This document shows, piece by piece, positions 48,580-59,716 of a stretch of DNA of 64,000 nt. The DNA lies in the NCBI GenBank assembly GCA_016704445.1, contig JADJAE010000151.1:26099-90098 (forward strand). Reading direction: 5' to 3'. Origin of the DNA: Deltaproteobacteria bacterium. GTDB lineage: Bacteria > Myxococcota_A > Polyangia > Polyangiales > Ga0077539. Position 1 is the stretch's first letter; every line of letters starts with the position of its first letter. The notes below the pieces were generated by a model. The model worked only from the letters and a program-made list of their open reading frames with translations, was not told the origin of the DNA and ran no database searches. The translations under genes were made by a program, and so were the position numbers.

Positions 48580-50322
48580 TCAGAAGCGGGCTTGCGCCGT
48601 GATGCCGAAGCCGAGCTGGTTGGGCGACTGGAAGACGCGCACCTGGCGGGTTCCGGAGGCGTCGACCTGGAGGAGGGTGCTGTTCTGGTCGAGCACGTAC
48701 TGCACCCAGAAGATGCCGGCCATGATGGTGGAGAGGTCCCACCGGAGCGAGGCGCGGGTGGAGATGATGGGCACGCGGTCTTCGCCCGGCGGCAGGATGG
48801 AGAAGTTGCCAGCGCGGCGGATGACCAGGGTGCGCGACGAGAGCAGCGAGCCCTCGCGCACGGTGGAGCTGAAGGTCGCGGGCATCTGCACGCCCACGAT
48901 GAGGCTCGGGGTCATGTGGAGGCGGGCGAGGGTGTAGTCGACCTGCGCGGCGAAGAAGAGCTCGGGCTGCACCACCGCGTCGCTGGGAAGCGTCTGGAAG
49001 GGGATGAAGCTCGGCACGTCGCGCAGCAGGAAGGGAACATCCCGGAAGAGCCCGGTGAGGCTTGCGCCGAAGTACCCGGCCTTGAGGCGTCCCTGGAGCG
49101 CGCCGGCGAAGCCCGGCTGGATGGCGGTGCGCCCGGGGAAGTTGATGTCCGCGAGGTTCTGCGCCGTGGCGGTGACCTCGGCGGAGAGGGCGTACTGCAC
49201 CGTGCCGGGGGTGAAGGTCTCCGGCGCGAAGGCGACGAAGGGCGCCGTCGGGTCGTTGCGGTAGAGCATCATGTCGAGCGACTGCGTAGTGCGCAGCCCC
49301 GACGAGTACACGGCCCGGGCGGAGGCGCCGAAGATGTACACCTGCTGGCCGCGCACCCCGGCGAAGTCGAAGCGCCCCTGGGCGAACCAGCCGCCCGAGA
49401 GGTCGAAGCGGAAGGAGTCGCCGGCGCGGAGGCCGAGGCCCGCGAGGCCGGCGTACTGGGTCTCCTCGACGCGCACCACCTCGATGTCGCGCGACGAGGT
49501 GACCACCTCCAGCGGAACCACGATGCCGGAGGTCTTGAAGCCCGCCCAGAGCGAGAGACCGCCGATGTCGAGGGAGAGCTTCACGCCCGGCGCCGGGCCG
49601 ACGCGGCGGGGGAACACGCTGTTGCCGCCCCAGGAGAGGTCCCAGAGGTAGCCCAGCCGGAAGCGGTCGGTGTCGAAGGGGAAGAAGGTGATCGCGAAGG
49701 CGTCGCGGTTGTTGCGGCCCTCGCTCAGGGCGTACGAGACGCGGAGGTACGTGCCGGCGTCGTAGAAGGCCTGGTTGAGATTGCCCGACCCGCTGGAGAG
49801 CGCCGCGAGGTCGACGCGGAGCACCAGCGCGGCCTCGGTGTTGACCCTCGGGATGAAGCCCGGGGCGCGGGCGTACATCGCCAGGTGGGTGAGGTTCTCG
49901 CGGCCCGCGAAGCGGCTGTTGAGGGCGTCGAAGAAGAGCTGGTACTGCGAGCGGTCGCCGATGCGGGGCAGCGGCGAGACGGGCACCCGCTGGCCGGTGG
50001 CGGCGAGCAGGTCGTCGTCGCCGAAGGTCCAGGTGATGCGGGTGTCGATGAAGTCGTGGCTGGTGCGCGGCGCGGCGCGGCCCTGGTCGCCCGCGGCGGT
50101 GCCCGGGCCCGCCATGCGGTCGCCCGGGGGGAGGGCGCCCTGCGCGGCTGGCGCCGGGACGACGAGCACGGTCCGTGACGGCTCGGACGTCGGGGGGGCG
50201 ACCTGCGTCGCGGCCGGCGTCGGAGCAGGCGGCTGCTGCGGCTGCTGCTGCGCCCACGCGCCCGGAGTCCCCACCAACACTGCGGCCAGCGCGCTGCGCC
50301 TCGCGATCGAACGGCGATTCAT
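48580..50322 (-). CDS. Outer-membrane beta-barrel protein
   Basis: ORF 48580..50337, trimmed to MNRRSIARRSALAAVLVGTPGAWAQ. Gln/Pro-rich linker. Amphipathic strands. C-terminal ...LGFGITAQARF (terminal Phe). Confidence 0.7.
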   Translation of the reverse strand: MNRRSIARRSALAAVLVGTPGAWAQQQPQQPPAPTPAATQVAPPTSEPSRTVLVVPAPAAQGALPPGDRMAGPGTAAGDQGRAAPRTSHDFIDTRITWTFGDDDLLAATGQRVPVSPLPRIGDRSQYQLFFDALNSRFAGRENLTHLAMYARAPGFIPRVNTEAALVLRVDLAALSSGSGNLNQAFYDAGTYLRVSYALSEGRNNRDAFAITFFPFDTDRFRLGYLWDLSWGGNSVFPRRVGPAPGVKLSLDIGGLSLWAGFKTSGIVVPLEVVTSSRDIEVVRVEETQYAGLAGLGLRAGDSFRFDLSGGWFAQGRFDFAGVRGQQVYIFGASARAVYSSGLRTTQSLDMMLYRNDPTAPFVAFAPETFTPGTVQYALSAEVTATAQNLADINFPGRTAIQPGFAGALQGRLKAGYFGASLTGLFRDVPFLLRDVPSFIPFQTLPSDAVVQPELFFAAQVDYTLARLHMTPSLIVGVQMPATFSSTVREGSLLSSRTLVIRRAGNFSILPPGEDRVPIISTRASLRWDLSTIMAGIFWVQYVLDQNSTLLQVDASGTRQVRVFQSPNQLGFGITAQARF

Positions 50323-50352
50323 CGAGTACCCTTTCAACCTATAGATCGTCTG

Positions 50353-51843
50353 TCACTCTTCGGCGATCGACCGCTCGTGGAGGCAGCAGTCGCGCGGATG
50401 CTCACACACCGTCTGGCCGTCGCCCTGCACCACGAAGTCGGCGCCGCAGCGGGGCTGGATGATCCAGTTGGGCCCCACCTGCTTGAGGGTCCCGGTCACC
50501 GTGGCCGTCGGGCCACGCAGCCGCTGCGGATCGAAGTTGGGGTTCACGATGCGCGGCGCGATGGCCATGCGCGCCCGGGCGCCTGCGCCCATCGCGGGGA
50601 GCGTCACCGTGACCTGTCCGTAGCGGTTCCAGTTGCTCCACTCGGAGCAGTTGATGTCCGCGGCGCAGGCGTCGGCGCACTGGTTCTCCGGGCCGCCGTC
50701 GTAGGTGATGCGGCCGTCGGTGTTGAGGTCGCAGTTGGTGGCCCCCATGGAGGGGATACCGTTGGGTGCGAGCCCGGGGCCCATGAGCGACGGCAGGAGC
50801 ACCTCGCGCACGCGGGCCAGGGACGACTCGTGGCGCTCCATGAGGATGTCCATGGCGAGCGTGGTCGGGGTGATCTCCATGGGGTCGGGGATGAGGCACT
50901 GCCCCGCGGCGGCGTCGTTGGGGCGCCACGCGAGGCCGATCTGGTAGCCGGGCTGCGCGAGCTGCGTGGTGCTGACGAACTCCGCGACGGACCCGGTGAG
51001 GGTGTCGATGAGGTCGCACGGGCGCATGCCGTCCGGCGAGCGGAAGTTGAACGAATACAGGCTGTTGTAACAGGGCTGTCCGTCGCACGATCGGTCGTCG
51101 ATGTCCGTCACGAAGAAGCCCGAGTTGTCGGTCTGCGTGACGACCATGCGGTGCCGGCGGTCGCCCGCCGGGGGGGCGTCGGGGGTGACCCGGCCGCGGA
51201 GGGTGACGCGCTCTCCCAGCAGCGGGGTGACGGCGCTGCGGCCCTGCACGTCGATGATGTTGGGGAGGCTGAAGAAGAGCGGCTCGCTGGTGCCGACGGC
51301 GTAGGAGCCTGCGCGCTCGGTGTCGTCGTTGGCGGCGGCGCACCCGAGGTCGGCGGGGTAGTCGACGAGGCCGTCGCCGTCGTCGTCGCGGCCGTTGGAG
51401 CACGAGGGGGCGGGCGTGCGGCGAGGGTCGACGGGGGTGTACCCGAGCTCCTCGGCCCAGATGCGGGACTCGCCGTAGCCGCGGGCCACGGTGACCTCGA
51501 GCCCGGTGGCCACGCCGCTGGTGAGCTTCACCATGTTGCCCAGCACCGAGCCCTCGGGGCCCGTCACCGAGCGAAACTGCCCCGGCGCCATGGAGAGCCG
51601 CACCCAGCCGTTGAAGTCCGTGGCGAGGCGGTTGTCGCGCAAGCGCACCTCCACCCGTAGCTGCAGGGCGACGCCGTCGCTGGAGAAGGGGAGCGGGGCC
51701 GCGGCGGTGCCCCGGTTGCCGCCGGTGGTGACGACCACCGAGGCCACAGCCCCGGCGCGGTCTTCCTGGTAGAGGTCGGGGATGCCGCCGCCGCAGCTGG
51801 CGAGCACGAGGGCGAGGACGCTGTACGAGCGCGCGGTCTTCAT
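50353..51843 (-). CDS. Lipoprotein of unknown function
   Basis: ORF 50353..52161, trimmed to MKTARSYSVLALVLASCGG (lipobox). The ATG overlaps the upstream stop (ATGA at 51840-51843). Contains a DDDGDGLVDYPAD motif and several Cys pairs. Confidence 0.7.
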   Translation of the reverse strand: MKTARSYSVLALVLASCGGGIPDLYQEDRAGAVASVVVTTGGNRGTAAAPLPFSSDGVALQLRVEVRLRDNRLATDFNGWVRLSMAPGQFRSVTGPEGSVLGNMVKLTSGVATGLEVTVARGYGESRIWAEELGYTPVDPRRTPAPSCSNGRDDDGDGLVDYPADLGCAAANDDTERAGSYAVGTSEPLFFSLPNIIDVQGRSAVTPLLGERVTLRGRVTPDAPPAGDRRHRMVVTQTDNSGFFVTDIDDRSCDGQPCYNSLYSFNFRSPDGMRPCDLIDTLTGSVAEFVSTTQLAQPGYQIGLAWRPNDAAAGQCLIPDPMEITPTTLAMDILMERHESSLARVREVLLPSLMGPGLAPNGIPSMGATNCDLNTDGRITYDGGPENQCADACAADINCSEWSNWNRYGQVTVTLPAMGAGARARMAIAPRIVNPNFDPQRLRGPTATVTGTLKQVGPNWIIQPRCGADFVVQGDGQTVCEHPRDCCLHERSIAEE

Positions 51844-54197
51844 CGGCTCACCATCCGGAGGCGGCCGTCGACGCGGGCGCCGGTGCTGTCGTCGATGCAG
51901 GAGAGGATGCGGCAGGAGAGCGCCGCGCGGGTGGAGGCGGTGCACTGGCAGGCGCGGGTGGCGGCGGCGTTGGGGAGCGACGGGCAGCTGCGGCGCACCA
52001 GGGCCTCGATGTCGTCGCGGCACTGGCGCAGCACGCAGCGGCCGGCGCCCGCGGCGCAGGTGGAGACCGTGCCGCAGGTGCGGGAGCCGTCGTCGTAGAC
52101 CTGGCGGCCCTCGCAGGCGCAGACCAGCGTCGGGTCCATGCAGTCGTTGTCCGACTGGCAATCGCGGAGGCCGTCGTCGGGGTGCGCGGGGATCGACTGG
52201 AGCGCGCGGTCGGTCACCCCGGCGCGGCGGTTGCGCTCGATGGTGACGGTGGGGTCATAGCCGCAGGGGCGGGCGTTGCGCACGAGGTCGACGACGGCGT
52301 CGCGCTGCTCGACGCGGGTGTCGACCTGGGTGGTGTTGCGCTGGAGCACGAAGAAGCCCGACCCGCCGCCGGCGATGTAGTTGTTCACCGCGGCGGCGTA
52401 GGAGGCGTTGAGCGAGAGCGGGGTCATGCAGCGGTGCGCGTTGGGCTCGCAGAGCGAGCGCTCCGCGGGGGCCGTCGCCTCGAAGCCGCCGGGGTTGCAG
52501 CTGTCGTCGTTGACGCAGGGGCGGTCGGTGACGCCGATGTTGATGGTCTCGGCGCAGTTGTTGAGCACCTGGCCCTGCTCGTCGCGGCGGCTGGGGCAGG
52601 CACCGCAGACGATGACCACGCGGGCGCCGGCGATCTGCGCCTGCGAGTTGCAGCCGCGGCCGGCGGAGCGGCGCGCGACGAAGTCGAACATCTCCTGCAC
52701 CTCGCGGCCCGAGAGGTTCATCGTGGTGATGGAGTTGTCGAAGGGGAACACGTTGAACATCTGGTCGAGCGAGATGGGCCCGGCGGGGATGTTGTCTCGG
52801 ATGCCGAGGGAGTTGGTGAGGGAGAAGTCGGTCTGCACCCCGAGGCGCAGCCACATGCTGGTGGTGACCAGGTTGCCGAGGGCGGAGTCGCCGCCGTTGT
52901 CGGGCGTGCGGGTGATGTCCGCGGGGGCGTAGCCGACGAGGTTGTCGAGGTTGGCCAGCGAGTCGAGCGCGCGGGCGTAGGGCTCGAGGAGGTTCTTCAT
53001 CGTGGGCTCTTCGGGCACGGTGCTGTCGACCGGGAAGAGCGTGAAGCGGTGCGAGACGACCTCCCAGCGGTCGCGGGCGTCGTAGTCCTGGGGGTGGCCG
53101 GGGTAGATGCGCTCCGGGTCGCGGGAGAGCACCGAGTCGAGGCGGCCGAGGTACTTCATGAAGGCGCCGGAGTGCTGCAGGATGGCGCGGCGCGGGCGGC
53201 AGGCGCGGGCGCGGTAGCCACGGGCGAGCAGCCAGTAGTTGCGGGTGCCGGAGGGCGGGCACACGCCGCTGGGGGCGCAGCACTCGTCGGCGCCGCAGGC
53301 GGCGGTGGAGGCGGTGCGCTCGACGACGTCGCTCAGCGCGGGGACGAAGTGGTTGCCGCGCTGGTCGAAGGGCCGGCAGTCGGTGACCTCCTGCGTCGGG
53401 TTGAGCACGATGTGGAGGTGGCCGCCGAGGACGATGTCGACGCCGGTGGTGAACTCCAGCGTGTGGATGTCGTCTTCGAGGCCGATGTGGCTGACCATCA
53501 CGATGACGTCGGCGCCCTGCTCTCGCACGAGGTCGATGTAGTGCTGGGCGGTCTCGATGGTGTTGAGGGGCGTGATGCCGAGGCGGTTGGGCTGGTCGAA
53601 GATCGAGGTGATCGACGAGAGGTTGCCCATCCCGATGACGCCGACCTTGAGCCCGCGGAGGTTGAAGAAGACGTAGGGCTTGGCGAAGCGGCCGAGCTCG
53701 GAGGAGCCCGGGGTGGTGGGGTCGTCGAACTGGTAGTTGGCCGCGAGGGTCTCGAAGGTGCCCCAGCGGGAGAACTGCCGGGCGAAGTTGAGGGCGCCGC
53801 GGTCGAACTCGTGGTTGCCGATGACCACCGCATCGACGCCGGTGTGGGCGAGGGCTCGCACCTCGGCCTCGCCGTTGAAGAAGTTGAAGATCGGGGCGCC
53901 CTGGAAGCAGTCGCCGGAGTCGAGGTGCAGGATGCGGTCGGCGTGACGCCGCTCGCGCTGGATGAGGTAGTTCATCCGGGCGGCGCCGCCGAAGGGGGCC
54001 TTGGAGGGGTCGAGGCCGAGGTTCTGGTCGGTCTGGTTGACCTGCTGGAAGTACGGGAAGAGGCGCGAGTGCCAGTCCGCCGTGTGCAACAGCGTGAGGC
54101 GCACGTCGCCGCGGAGGTCGTACTGCTCCCCGGGGCTGTTGCAGCCGATGGCGAAGAGGCTCAGCGCAAAGAGCGCAAAGGCGATCGCGCGGGACAT
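51840..54197 (-). CDS. Metallophosphoesterase / 5'-nucleotidase-family lipoprotein (UshA-like) with a large Cys-containing insertion
   Basis: Trimmed to MSRAIAFALFALSLFAIGC. Calcineurin-like motifs HTADWHS, SGDCFQG, GNHEFD and GGHLH. The C-terminal 5'-nucleotidase-like half carries extra Cys-rich segments. Confidence 0.8.
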   Translation of the reverse strand: MSRAIAFALFALSLFAIGCNSPGEQYDLRGDVRLTLLHTADWHSRLFPYFQQVNQTDQNLGLDPSKAPFGGAARMNYLIQRERRHADRILHLDSGDCFQGAPIFNFFNGEAEVRALAHTGVDAVVIGNHEFDRGALNFARQFSRWGTFETLAANYQFDDPTTPGSSELGRFAKPYVFFNLRGLKVGVIGMGNLSSITSIFDQPNRLGITPLNTIETAQHYIDLVREQGADVIVMVSHIGLEDDIHTLEFTTGVDIVLGGHLHIVLNPTQEVTDCRPFDQRGNHFVPALSDVVERTASTAACGADECCAPSGVCPPSGTRNYWLLARGYRARACRPRRAILQHSGAFMKYLGRLDSVLSRDPERIYPGHPQDYDARDRWEVVSHRFTLFPVDSTVPEEPTMKNLLEPYARALDSLANLDNLVGYAPADITRTPDNGGDSALGNLVTTSMWLRLGVQTDFSLTNSLGIRDNIPAGPISLDQMFNVFPFDNSITTMNLSGREVQEMFDFVARRSAGRGCNSQAQIAGARVVIVCGACPSRRDEQGQVLNNCAETINIGVTDRPCVNDDSCNPGGFEATAPAERSLCEPNAHRCMTPLSLNASYAAAVNNYIAGGGSGFFVLQRNTTQVDTRVEQRDAVVDLVRNARPCGYDPTVTIERNRRAGVTDRALQSIPAHPDDGLRDCQSDNDCMDPTLVCACEGRQVYDDGSRTCGTVSTCAAGAGRCVLRQCRDDIEALVRRSCPSLPNAAATRACQCTASTRAALSCRILSCIDDSTGARVDGRLRMVSR

Positions 54198-54408
54198 CAC
54201 GGCGCGGGGGGTCGACACGTCACGCGATCGCAAGGAAACCTCTCCACATCCGAACGGGCGTTGGCACCGGGTGGGGGCTCATAAACCCGAAGCGCCCGCG
54301 GCGGCAAGCAAGGTCACCGATGGTTGCGCTGTACGGGCGGCCGCTCGGAGCAGTACACCGGGCGACGCGGGGTGAAAGGTCCACCTTCGCCAGGGAGGGT
54401 GTAGCTCT

Positions 54409-56643
54409 ATGCGATCGAATCGGTGGCAGGTTGCGTTGGCGGCCGTCGCGCTGGGTCTCGTCGGAGGCTGCAAGCGGCGCGCGGCGGCGGCGGGTGAGGC
54501 GCCCGCGCCAGCGACGGATCCCAACGCCGCCGTGCAGGTCGCGATCGGGGGCTCGTCGGCCTGCGCGGTGCTCGCGGCGGGTACGGTGCAGTGCTGGGGC
54601 GCCAACAGCTACGGCCAGCTCGGCGACGGCGGCAACCAGGCCCGACTGGTTCCGGCGGCGGTGCCGGGCCTCGCCGGCGTCGCGGAGGTCGACGTGGGCG
54701 ACGCGCACGCCTGCGCCCGCAAGGCCGACGGCACGGTGTGGTGCTGGGGCAGCGGCAGCGACGGAGCGATCGGCAACGGCGCCCGACTCAACGCCCGGAG
54801 CCCCGTGCAGGTCGGCGGCCTGCCGGCGGTGCGCGACATCGGAACGAGCGGCGGAAACACCTGCGCGGTCGCGGTCGACGGCGGCACCTGGTGCTGGGGC
54901 AGCAACGTGTTCGGCGAGTCGGCGCAGCCCGCGGGCGTGCGCGAGGTGCTGACCCCGACGCGCATCGCGGGCCTCGGCCCGGCGGTGGAGGTCGACACCG
55001 GGCAGAACCACACCTGCGCGCGCCTGGCAGACGGCACCGTGTGGTGCTGGGGCGGCTCCGGGCCGCTCGGCGACGGGGCCTCGGTGCAGCGTCACTCGCC
55101 GGTGCAGGTGCAGGGCGTCGCGGGCGCTACGGCGCTGGCCGTGGGGCAGAACCACAACTGCGCGCTCGTGGCCGGCGGCGCCGTGACCTGCTGGGGCAGC
55201 ACCGGCGGCGGAGGCGGAGGGATGCGCGCGACCCCGGTGGCGCTGAGCGCCGTGGTCAGCCTCACGGCGGGCAACTACTCCACCTGCGCGACGCTCGCCG
55301 ACGGCGTGGCCCAGTGCTGGGGGACGAACTACGAAGGGAAGTTCCTCGTGCCGGCGACGCAGCGCAGCGTGATGGCCCCGACCCCGCTGCCCGGCGTCGC
55401 GGGGGTGAGCGCCGTGGCGCTCGGCATCGGCTACCAGTGCGCCTTGCAGCGCGCGGGCTCGCTGAGCTGCTGGGGCACGCTCCGCCAGCCTGGCGGCGGC
55501 CGCTCGGTGCTGCGCACCGCGACGGTGTACCCGGTGACCTTCGATGGCCGCAGCCCGGCCCCGCCGCTGGTCCCCGATCCCCCGTCGGGGGGCTCCGTCG
55601 TCGCCGCGGCCAACGCGCTCGCCAACGCCGCCGCCGACACGAGGCAGGCGATCAACGCCGCGCAGGCCGCCGCGCCGACCGCCGCGCCCGCGGGCGCCCA
55701 GGAGCCGCTCGAGGCCCGCATCGCTCGCACCACGGCGGTCACCGCGACGCCCCGCGAGGTCACCGTCGGTGGTCAGCGCGTGACGGCCGAGCGGTGCGCC
55801 CTCGACGGCCCGGCGCTGCTCAAGGACTCCGGCAGCACCGTGCTCCCCTCGCTCGCCTTCGACCGTCGCGGCGCGCTCTACCTCGTCGATGGTGACCAGC
55901 ACGTCCGGCGCTACGACCGGGTCCGCGGGCAGGAGTGCCGCTTCGCCGTCGACCCGGCCTTCGGCACGGGCGGGGTGCTCACGCTGCCGTCGTCGGTGTC
56001 GCACGTCTCCGTCGATCGCCGGGGCGCCGTGGTGGCGAGCGGCGTGCTCGGGAGCTTCGTGATCGAAGACGGGGCGGTCACCACGCGCTGCAACCGCGGC
56101 TCGCACGGGTACGTGTCGATGTCCTCGCGCGGCCCTGGCTACGGGGTGTTTCCCGGCTCGCCGGTGCGCCTCGTCGAGTACGACGACGGCGCGTGCACCG
56201 TCACCCCGTGGACGTACGAGAACCCGTTCCGCTCGGTGTCCGCCGTCGGCTTCGACGGGAGGAACATCCTCCTCGCAGGCTCGATGCCCGACCGCGGCGG
56301 CAACCAGGTGGCGATCCTCGACGACCGCGGCCGGGAGCGAGCCCGCTTCGGCAGCCCCTCGGGCACCGCGGCGGACGGGTTCTGCTGGGTGCACGGGCTC
56401 AGCGCCTGCCGCGCCGGGGTGTGCGCGATCGACACCAACTGCGACCGCATCCACCTGTGGACGACGCGCGGCGTCCACGTCGGCAACGTCGGCGCGAGCG
56501 AGCTGCTCGGCGTGTCCAGGCCGTGGCTCTCGGCCATCGAGCCCGGCCGTCGAGGCGAGGTGTTCATCGCCACCGGGGTGCGCCGCGAGCCCACCGCCGC
56601 CAACGTCTACGAAGGCGTGCTCTTCCGCGTCAGCGGGCTGTAG
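54409..56643 (+). CDS. RCC1-repeat lipoprotein with an additional C-terminal beta-rich domain
   Basis: Lipobox LGLVGGC. At least six repeats of C.v...G.v.CWG.N..GQLG type (QCWGANSYGQLGDG, WCWGSGSDGAIGNG, ...). Confidence 0.8.
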   Translation: MRSNRWQVALAAVALGLVGGCKRRAAAAGEAPAPATDPNAAVQVAIGGSSACAVLAAGTVQCWGANSYGQLGDGGNQARLVPAAVPGLAGVAEVDVGDAHACARKADGTVWCWGSGSDGAIGNGARLNARSPVQVGGLPAVRDIGTSGGNTCAVAVDGGTWCWGSNVFGESAQPAGVREVLTPTRIAGLGPAVEVDTGQNHTCARLADGTVWCWGGSGPLGDGASVQRHSPVQVQGVAGATALAVGQNHNCALVAGGAVTCWGSTGGGGGGMRATPVALSAVVSLTAGNYSTCATLADGVAQCWGTNYEGKFLVPATQRSVMAPTPLPGVAGVSAVALGIGYQCALQRAGSLSCWGTLRQPGGGRSVLRTATVYPVTFDGRSPAPPLVPDPPSGGSVVAAANALANAAADTRQAINAAQAAAPTAAPAGAQEPLEARIARTTAVTATPREVTVGGQRVTAERCALDGPALLKDSGSTVLPSLAFDRRGALYLVDGDQHVRRYDRVRGQECRFAVDPAFGTGGVLTLPSSVSHVSVDRRGAVVASGVLGSFVIEDGAVTTRCNRGSHGYVSMSSRGPGYGVFPGSPVRLVEYDDGACTVTPWTYENPFRSVSAVGFDGRNILLAGSMPDRGGNQVAILDDRGRERARFGSPSGTAADGFCWVHGLSACRAGVCAIDTNCDRIHLWTTRGVHVGNVGASELLGVSRPWLSAIEPGRRGEVFIATGVRREPTAANVYEGVLFRVSGL

Positions 56644-56796
56644 CGCCCGCTCAGGGGCTCTCAGGCCCCTCTCACCCCCCCATACCGCAGGGTGAGCCCT
56701 CGTGAGGCCGTGTGAGAGACCCCCTCCGCAACCGACGCGAGAGCGTCGGGAGCGGGTTGACGACCCCTCCGGGCTCCGGTCCATGGTGACTGCCGG

Positions 56797-58065
<1,269 letters not shown>

Positions 58066-58075
58066 GCGTCGCGGC

Positions 58076-59716
58076 TCACCCCGGCGGCTTGATCTCCGTC
58101 CCGGCACCGGCGCCGGGCGCCAGGTGGAGCGTCTGCGACGGCCTCGCCATCTTCACCGAGAGCCTCTCCAGCGCGTCGAGGAAGCTCAGCAGCACCTCCT
58201 GCCGGTAGCGCCAGAATTCCTGCAGCTCACCCGTCTCGAACCACGCCATCACCTCCACCTGGAGCGAGTCCGCGGTCACCGCCTTGAGCTGCACATAGAG
58301 CTCGTCGGTCCAGAGCTTCGGGTGCGCGCGCAGCACCTCCTCCAGCGCCGAGAGCACCGCCCTCACCCGCGCCGGGGGCGTGTCCAGCTCGAGCGCCAGC
58401 GTCACCAGCAGCCGGATGCGGTCGCGCTGGGTGTAGTTCTCCACGCGCACGTCCGCGAGCTTGCCGTTGGGGATCGTCACCAGCGTCCGGTCGAAGGTGC
58501 GCACCCTCGTCGAGCGCAGGCCCACGCTCTCGATGGTGCCGGTGTGCTCGTCGAGCTTCACCAGGTCGCCCACGCGGAAGGGCTGGTCGAGCCCGATGGC
58601 CACGCTCCCCAGCAGGTGCTCCACGGTCTTCTGCGCCGCCAGCGCCAGCGCGAGGCCGCCTAGGCCCAGGCCCGCCAGCAGGCTCGCCACGGGGTAGCCC
58701 AGGGCCGAGAGCACCGCCACCACGCTGATGCACGCCAGCACCACCCGCGCGGCCTGGGCGATCAGCGGGACCACCGTCACCGAGCCCGGGTGCAGCCTCG
58801 CCCACGCGGACTCCCGGAAGGCCCTCGCCAGCAGCGCGATGGTGCGCCACAGCGCCCAGAAGAGGCCCGCGAAGAGCAGCGCCCGCAGGAGGTTCTGCAC
58901 GAAGTTGTCGGCCGCCCGGGAGAGCCCGAGCGAGCCCACCGACAGGGACACGAGGCCCACCGCCCAGAGCCAGGTGAGCGGCGCCCGGGCGTGCGTGGTC
59001 ATCGACTCGTCGCGGATGTCCACCACCCGGCGGAGCAGCGGGGCGAAGGCCGCCAGGGTGAGGCGGGAGAGCAGCGCCCCGAGGGCCAGGGAGAGCGCGA
59101 AGGTCAGCGCGAGCGACGCCCACTGCCAGCGCAGCAGGCCCTTGGCCCAGGGCTGCAGCCACCACGGCGGGAGGTGCCCGCGAATCCACCGGCCCTCGAG
59201 GCCCTGGTACCAGCCGTCGACGTGGCGCACGGTGGCGCGGTTGAAGACCCACCGCGCGCCGTCAGGAAACTCCCGGCGCATCAGCCGCACGGGGTCGCCC
59301 GCGGCGGTGGCTCCGGGGATGCGGCCGAACTCGTCGACCCTCGCCGGGAGCCCGTCGTCGGTGTCGCCCGCGGACTCGCCCGACAGCGCCGTCGGGTCGA
59401 GGCCCAGGTAGCGGTCGAGCACCTCACGCAGCCTGTACGCCATCACCGGACCGTCGGACGCGGGGCGTCCCGCGAGGTCGAGGTAGCGCGAGGCCTCCTC
59501 CCAGCGGCCTCGCTGGGCGAGCTCGGCGAAGCGCTGCAGCGAGGCGCGAGGGGAGTCGGGCTCGACGCGGTCTTCGGGCTCCTCGACCACGGCGGGGGGC
59601 GTCGGGGGCGTCGGGGCGAACTGCGCCCTCACCGCCGGAGGGATCGGCTGCGCCCCCAGCGGGGCGCCGACCAGCAGCGAGAGCAGGGCGACGATGCCGG
59701 CAGCGCGGCGGAGCAT
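58076..59716 (-). CDS. MscS-family mechanosensitive channel
   Basis: Signal peptide, periplasmic domain, several TMs, then the MscS beta-domain FRVGDLVKLDEHTGTIESVGLRSTRVRTFDRTLVTIPNGKL. Confidence 0.85.
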   Translation of the reverse strand: MLRRAAGIVALLSLLVGAPLGAQPIPPAVRAQFAPTPPTPPAVVEEPEDRVEPDSPRASLQRFAELAQRGRWEEASRYLDLAGRPASDGPVMAYRLREVLDRYLGLDPTALSGESAGDTDDGLPARVDEFGRIPGATAAGDPVRLMRREFPDGARWVFNRATVRHVDGWYQGLEGRWIRGHLPPWWLQPWAKGLLRWQWASLALTFALSLALGALLSRLTLAAFAPLLRRVVDIRDESMTTHARAPLTWLWAVGLVSLSVGSLGLSRAADNFVQNLLRALLFAGLFWALWRTIALLARAFRESAWARLHPGSVTVVPLIAQAARVVLACISVVAVLSALGYPVASLLAGLGLGGLALALAAQKTVEHLLGSVAIGLDQPFRVGDLVKLDEHTGTIESVGLRSTRVRTFDRTLVTIPNGKLADVRVENYTQRDRIRLLVTLALELDTPPARVRAVLSALEEVLRAHPKLWTDELYVQLKAVTADSLQVEVMAWFETGELQEFWRYRQEVLLSFLDALERLSVKMARPSQTLHLAPGAGAGTEIKPPG

